NCBI GenBank assembly: GCA_964247755.1
Contig: CAXTVX010000006.1
Coordinates: forward strand, 8,022 to 72,021
Source: an uncultured Acetobacteraceae bacterium
GTDB lineage: Bacteria; Pseudomonadota; Alphaproteobacteria; Acetobacterales; Acetobacteraceae
Length of the DNA stretch: 64,000 bases
Direction: 5' to 3'
Shown: positions 60,197-64,000 of the stretch, in pieces
Numbering within the stretch: the stretch's first letter is position 1
How the letters are laid out: each line of letters opens with the position of its first letter
Translations under genes and position numbers: made by a program
The notes under the pieces: model-generated
The model's input: the letters and a program-made list of their open reading frames with translations, nothing else
The model's database searches: none
What the model was told of the DNA's origin: nothing

Positions 60197-62389
60197 TTGT
60201 CTCGAATCATTAGAAAGCACGCTGCACGGGCAGGCCTCGGCGCCGCGCTGCTCGCCTGCACCATGTCGGCGGCGGTGTCCGCCCCGCCCGCGACGCTGGC
60301 CGGCAACGTCGCCGGCTGGGTCCAGTCCGCGATCGAGACCGGCACCGCGCCGGACGACCAGGCGGTGTCGATCGTCGTGCACATGGCGCTGAAGGACAAG
60401 GCCGGGCTGGCGGGCCTGGTCGCCTCGGTGTCCACGCCGGGCAGCGTCCAGTACGGCCACTACCTGAGCGCCGCCGACTTCCAGGCCCGTTACGCGCCCG
60501 ACGCGTCCGACGTCGCCGCGGTGCGGGACATGCTGGCCGAGGCCGGAATGGCGCACGTGACGGTCGGGCCGCTCGGCGCCTACGTGTCGGCGACGGCCAC
60601 GGTCGGCCAGTTGCGCACCGCGTTCGCGGTCAGCCAGAAGCTGTACCGCTACGGCAGCACCACCCTGCGCGCCAACAAGGAGGCGCCGCGCGTGCCGGCC
60701 GCGCTGGCCGCCAAGATCCTGTTCATCGAGGGCCTCGACGACACCACCTTCCTCAAGCGGCCGCAGCACATCTCGGTCACCGCCGGCACCCTGACGGCGC
60801 CCACCGCCCGGTCGTTGGCGCTGTCGTCGGCCGCGAGCCCCGCGGTGCTGGCGCCGCCGGTGGCGTCCAACACGCCGTCGCCCTATTGCAGCACCTATTT
60901 CGGCGACGCCAACGCCACGCTGAGCACCCAGCCGGCGCCTTATGGCAAGACGCTGCCCTGGCTGTCCTGCGGCTATACCCCGCAGCAGATCCAGTCCGCC
61001 TACGGGCTCAACCCGTTCAACATCGGCCTCGATGGGCGTGGCGTGACGGTGGCCATCCTTGATGCCTACGCCTCGCCCACCCTGCAGTCGGACGGCAACC
61101 ACTACGCCACCCGCCACCACCTGCCGGCGCTGACCTCTGCCAACTTCTCGGAAGTCATCCCGGCCGGCATCTACGACGTGTCCGCCAGCGAGGCCTGCGG
61201 CCCGTACGGCTGGTGGACCGAGGAGTCGCTCGACGTCGCGGCGGTGCACGGCTCGGCGCCGGGTGCGAAGATCGTCTATGTCGGCGCGCGCGACTGCGGC
61301 AGCTCGCTGACCACCGCGCTGCTCGACACCATCTACGACCACCGCGCCGACATCATCACCAACAGCTACGGCAACAACGGCGAGGACGTGTCGCCGGCCG
61401 ACGTCGCCACCGAGGACCAAGCCTTCATGGCGGCGGCGGCGCAGGGCATCACCGTGCTGTTCTCGTCTGGCGACGATGGCGACCTGTCGCAGGACAACGG
61501 CGTCGCCACCGGGTCGTGGGAAGCCACCAGCGCTTACGTCACCGGCGTCGGCGGCACCTCGCTGTTGCTCACCAACAGCCGCGGCGCCAAGACCGAATAT
61601 GGCTGGGGCACCTATCGCGACTTCCTGGCCAACGCGACGGTGAACAGCGCCACCTCGATCACCACCAGCGGCCTGACCACTACCACGGTGGACGGCAGCA
61701 CCTTCCCGGCGTTCAGCTTCTATTCCGGCAGCGGCGGCGGCATCAGCCTGCTCGAGGCGCAGCCCGAGTACCAGGCGGCGGTGGTGCCGGCGGCGCTGGC
61801 GACCACGCTGAACGAGGCGAGCGGCGAGTCGGTGCCGCTGACGCCGCACCGCGTCAGCCCCGACATCTCAGCCGACGCCGATCCCTATACCGGCTACCTG
61901 TATGGCGAGACCTATACCATCGCGAACGACGGCCACAGCGACATCGGCTGCACGCCGGAAAGTGCGACCACAGAGTACTGCGAGATCGACGAGGGCGGCA
62001 CCAGCCTCGCCTCGCCGCTGACCGCCGGCGTGATGGCGACCGTGAACGAGGTTCACGGATTGCTGGGCCGGCCGTTCGTCGGCTTCGCCAACCCGTGGCT
62101 GTACAGCCACCGCATCGGCCAGACCGCCAACAGCGCCGGCATCAACCAGGTCAAGCCGCCGGCCACGCCGACTGCGGTGCTGCGCGGCTACGTCACCGAC
62201 CCGAACGAGGTCCGTGTGGTGACGATCAACTCGGTGCCGGACCTGATCATCACCGCACCCTTCGCGCTGCAGGTCTGCTCCACCGCGATCTGCGAAGGCA
62301 TCGACGACGTGTTCAACTACACCACCCCCGGCTACAACGACGTCACCGGATTGGGGGTGCCATTCGTTCCGCTGCTGGCGCTGCAGTAG
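60197..62389 (+). CDS. Secreted S53 (sedolisin/kumamolisin) peptidase with prodomain
   Basis: Signal peptide, prodomain, EESLDV (Glu/Asp), SSGDDG, GGTSLASP (catalytic Ser), GYNDVTGLG; TTG start after GGAGA. Confidence 0.92.
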   Translation: MSRIIRKHAARAGLGAALLACTMSAAVSAPPATLAGNVAGWVQSAIETGTAPDDQAVSIVVHMALKDKAGLAGLVASVSTPGSVQYGHYLSAADFQARYAPDASDVAAVRDMLAEAGMAHVTVGPLGAYVSATATVGQLRTAFAVSQKLYRYGSTTLRANKEAPRVPAALAAKILFIEGLDDTTFLKRPQHISVTAGTLTAPTARSLALSSAASPAVLAPPVASNTPSPYCSTYFGDANATLSTQPAPYGKTLPWLSCGYTPQQIQSAYGLNPFNIGLDGRGVTVAILDAYASPTLQSDGNHYATRHHLPALTSANFSEVIPAGIYDVSASEACGPYGWWTEESLDVAAVHGSAPGAKIVYVGARDCGSSLTTALLDTIYDHRADIITNSYGNNGEDVSPADVATEDQAFMAAAAQGITVLFSSGDDGDLSQDNGVATGSWEATSAYVTGVGGTSLLLTNSRGAKTEYGWGTYRDFLANATVNSATSITTSGLTTTTVDGSTFPAFSFYSGSGGGISLLEAQPEYQAAVVPAALATTLNEASGESVPLTPHRVSPDISADADPYTGYLYGETYTIANDGHSDIGCTPESATTEYCEIDEGGTSLASPLTAGVMATVNEVHGLLGRPFVGFANPWLYSHRIGQTANSAGINQVKPPATPTAVLRGYVTDPNEVRVVTINSVPDLIITAPFALQVCSTAICEGIDDVFNYTTPGYNDVTGLGVPFVPLLALQ

Positions 62390-62406
62390 GCCCTGCCGGG
62401 CGATAT

Positions 62407-62438
62407 GGCGGCGGAGCGATGCTCCGCCGCCTAGTTTT
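62407..62438 (+). terminator. Terminator hairpin between the convergent S53 and lysE genes
   Basis: Perfect 11-bp stem GGCGGCGGAGC-gat-GCTCCGCCGCC followed by TAGTTTT. Confidence 0.75.
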
Positions 62439-63051
62439 GCCGGACGCCCGCTGCCAGGCCAGCGGCGATGAGGACGCCTCCACTCGCTCGCTTCGCCCAC
62501 CGTCCGGCAGAGCGACGCGTCGTCAGCTGCGAAGCCTTCACCGCACCGAGGGCGTAGAGCGTGTCGGTGAAGCCGACGACCGCGCCGAAGGTCAGCACCA
62601 GGATCACGGCCTGCTCGGCGTAGTTGCCGCCCGGGCTGATGAACTGCGGCGCGAAGGCGATGAAGAACACGATGGTCTTGGGGTGGAAGACGCCGACGGC
62701 GATGTTGCCGGCGAACGCGGCCCGCGGTGAGACCGCCCTCCGGGGAAGCGCGTCAACCGGCTCGTTCCTGGCCTCCACGATCGCCGCCAGGCCCAGACCG
62801 ATCAGGTAGAGCGCTCCGAGCCATTTCAGCGTGGTGAAGGCCAGCGCCGACCCGGCAAGCAGCGTATCGACTCCTGCCAGGGATAGGCTCATCGCCATGA
62901 TGTTGCCGGCTGCCATGCCGGCTACCGAGGCCAGGGCCGTCCTGCGGCCCGAACCGATCGCGTAGCCGACGATGCTCATCACCCCGGGGCCCGGAACCAG
63001 CCCCATGAGCAGGGAAGCCAATGCGAAACCCATCCAGAGATGCGTGTCCAT
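62431..63051 (-). CDS. LysE/RhtB family translocator
   Basis: LVPGPGV, G.R.ALASVAG, KWLGALYLIGLG, HPKTIVFF. Confidence 0.92.
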   Translation of the reverse strand: MDTHLWMGFALASLLMGLVPGPGVMSIVGYAIGSGRRTALASVAGMAAGNIMAMSLSLAGVDTLLAGSALAFTTLKWLGALYLIGLGLAAIVEARNEPVDALPRRAVSPRAAFAGNIAVGVFHPKTIVFFIAFAPQFISPGGNYAEQAVILVLTFGAVVGFTDTLYALGAVKASQLTTRRSAGRWAKRASGGVLIAAGLAAGVRQN

Positions 63052-63161
63052 CCTGTCCCCATGACCATCTGGCCAGCCTCAGTGCGGAACGAACGGCGTT
63101 TCGGCTGATCCCGTGTCCACGACCTGTCCGTGTGGGCCAGCCATGGCTGCGCGGAGGTACC

Positions 63162-63349
63162 GATCAGGTCCGAACCATGAACCGGCGACCAGTGGCCGGC
63201 AATGATGTACCTGATCCTGGGATACCGGTTTTCGAGCCTGTGCAGCGTCCGGGCCGATCCGCCCGGGCGAGGTTGCTGCTGACCCGTTCCTTCAGGATGT
63301 TCCCGGCATGCGGCACATCTTGGTTCGGGAAATAGACGAAGGCGAGGTC
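63162..63349 (-). pseudogene. C-terminal remnant of a CphA-like (subclass B2) metallo-beta-lactamase-fold gene
   Basis: Frame A DLAFVYFPNQDVPHAGNILKERVSSNLARAD, frameshift near 63255, frame B ARTLHRLENRYPRIRYIIAGHWSPVHGSDLI. Confidence 0.6.
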
Positions 63350-64000
63350 GCCGACACGGGCGAGATCCGCGTCACATTCTTCACGGCGGCGTTTGTTCCC
63401 CTGTCATGCATTATCCCGTCGCCGCTGTGCCTCGCTTGGCTGCGCGCTTCTCGCGTCGCCTGATCGATCCGGGCGAGGAACTTGGACACGGCTGGGCTTG
63501 TCTCGGCATATCGTGCCACCCACCGCTACATCTTCAGTGCCACCTTCGGGAACTGGCGTGTTGGCCAAGGCGGAAACGGCAGATGAAGCCCGTAGTCGTG
63601 AGCGCGATCCCGTCCGACCGGCAGGTGGTGCTCGTGGACACGGCGCGTCCACCCTTGCCTGCAGCTTGGCTGCGCGCATCAGGTCGCCGCGCGCCTGCGT
63701 CGACGCTGCCGCCTGGCGTGGCTCCTGCTCCTGGAAGGTGGCAGGCGTGTCATCACTCATCACCCAGCCCGCGCGGCTTGATGCCGGCCACCGTGCAGAG
63801 CGGGGAGGACATTGACGCTACGGTGTCTGCCTTGCCTGCTCGACCGCGGCGACCACGGCCTGCGCGGCAAGGTCCAAGCGCGCTGCATGGCCCGGTACCT
63901 CGCGAAGAACGCGTTTCCGTACGGCCCTGCTTGTCGGTACGCTTCATGTCCTTCGGGAACGGCGCCACCATCCGCGTCGTCTCCCCGTCGGTGCAGAAGG

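Noticed and set aside
63350-64000. Short minus-strand ORFs (63292-63519, 63404-63763, 63753-63971), including a frame with an internal TAG at 63526-63528
   Set aside because: Looks like decayed gene debris, but I cannot assign any family; a blastx search is needed

Overview
High-GC alphaproteobacterial chromosome segment. Gene order (ssb/uvrA, yceD-rpmF-plsX-fabH-ihfA-merR-tRNA-Pro, ffh-rpsP-rimM-trmD-rplS-leuCDB, yfgM-bamB-der) and the GAAC-N7-GAAC SOS box fit Alphaproteobacteria; Acetobacteraceae is my guess. Most of the window is housekeeping and envelope genes. The standout is a tightly coupled six-gene run at 50366-59062, directly after lpxB. It encodes a Zn-ribbon/beta-rich protein, a membrane-anchored periplasmic vWA-like protein, a Pro-rich 3-TM protein, a 1201-aa divergent tubulin/FtsZ-superfamily GTPase (Tubulin_2/FtsZl1-like) with a C-terminal GYF_2-like domain, a secreted surface-antigen/peptidoglycan-binding fusion, and a Zn-ribbon-TM-PEGA protein. 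Together these look like an uncharacterised trans-envelope cytomotive system. Other notable items: a glycan-modification block (sulfotransferase, AsnB-like amidotransferase, GT4, GT9 with an apparent CTG start), a frameshifted secreted-protein gene, a decayed CphA-like (B2) metallo-beta-lactamase fragment, a LexA box, a MarR operator candidate, an ffh leader hairpin and several apparently leaderless genes. No CRISPR array, integrase or intact IS was seen. All family calls come from motif recognition by eye; no database searches were run. Many start codons were re-called downstream of the ORF-track starts.
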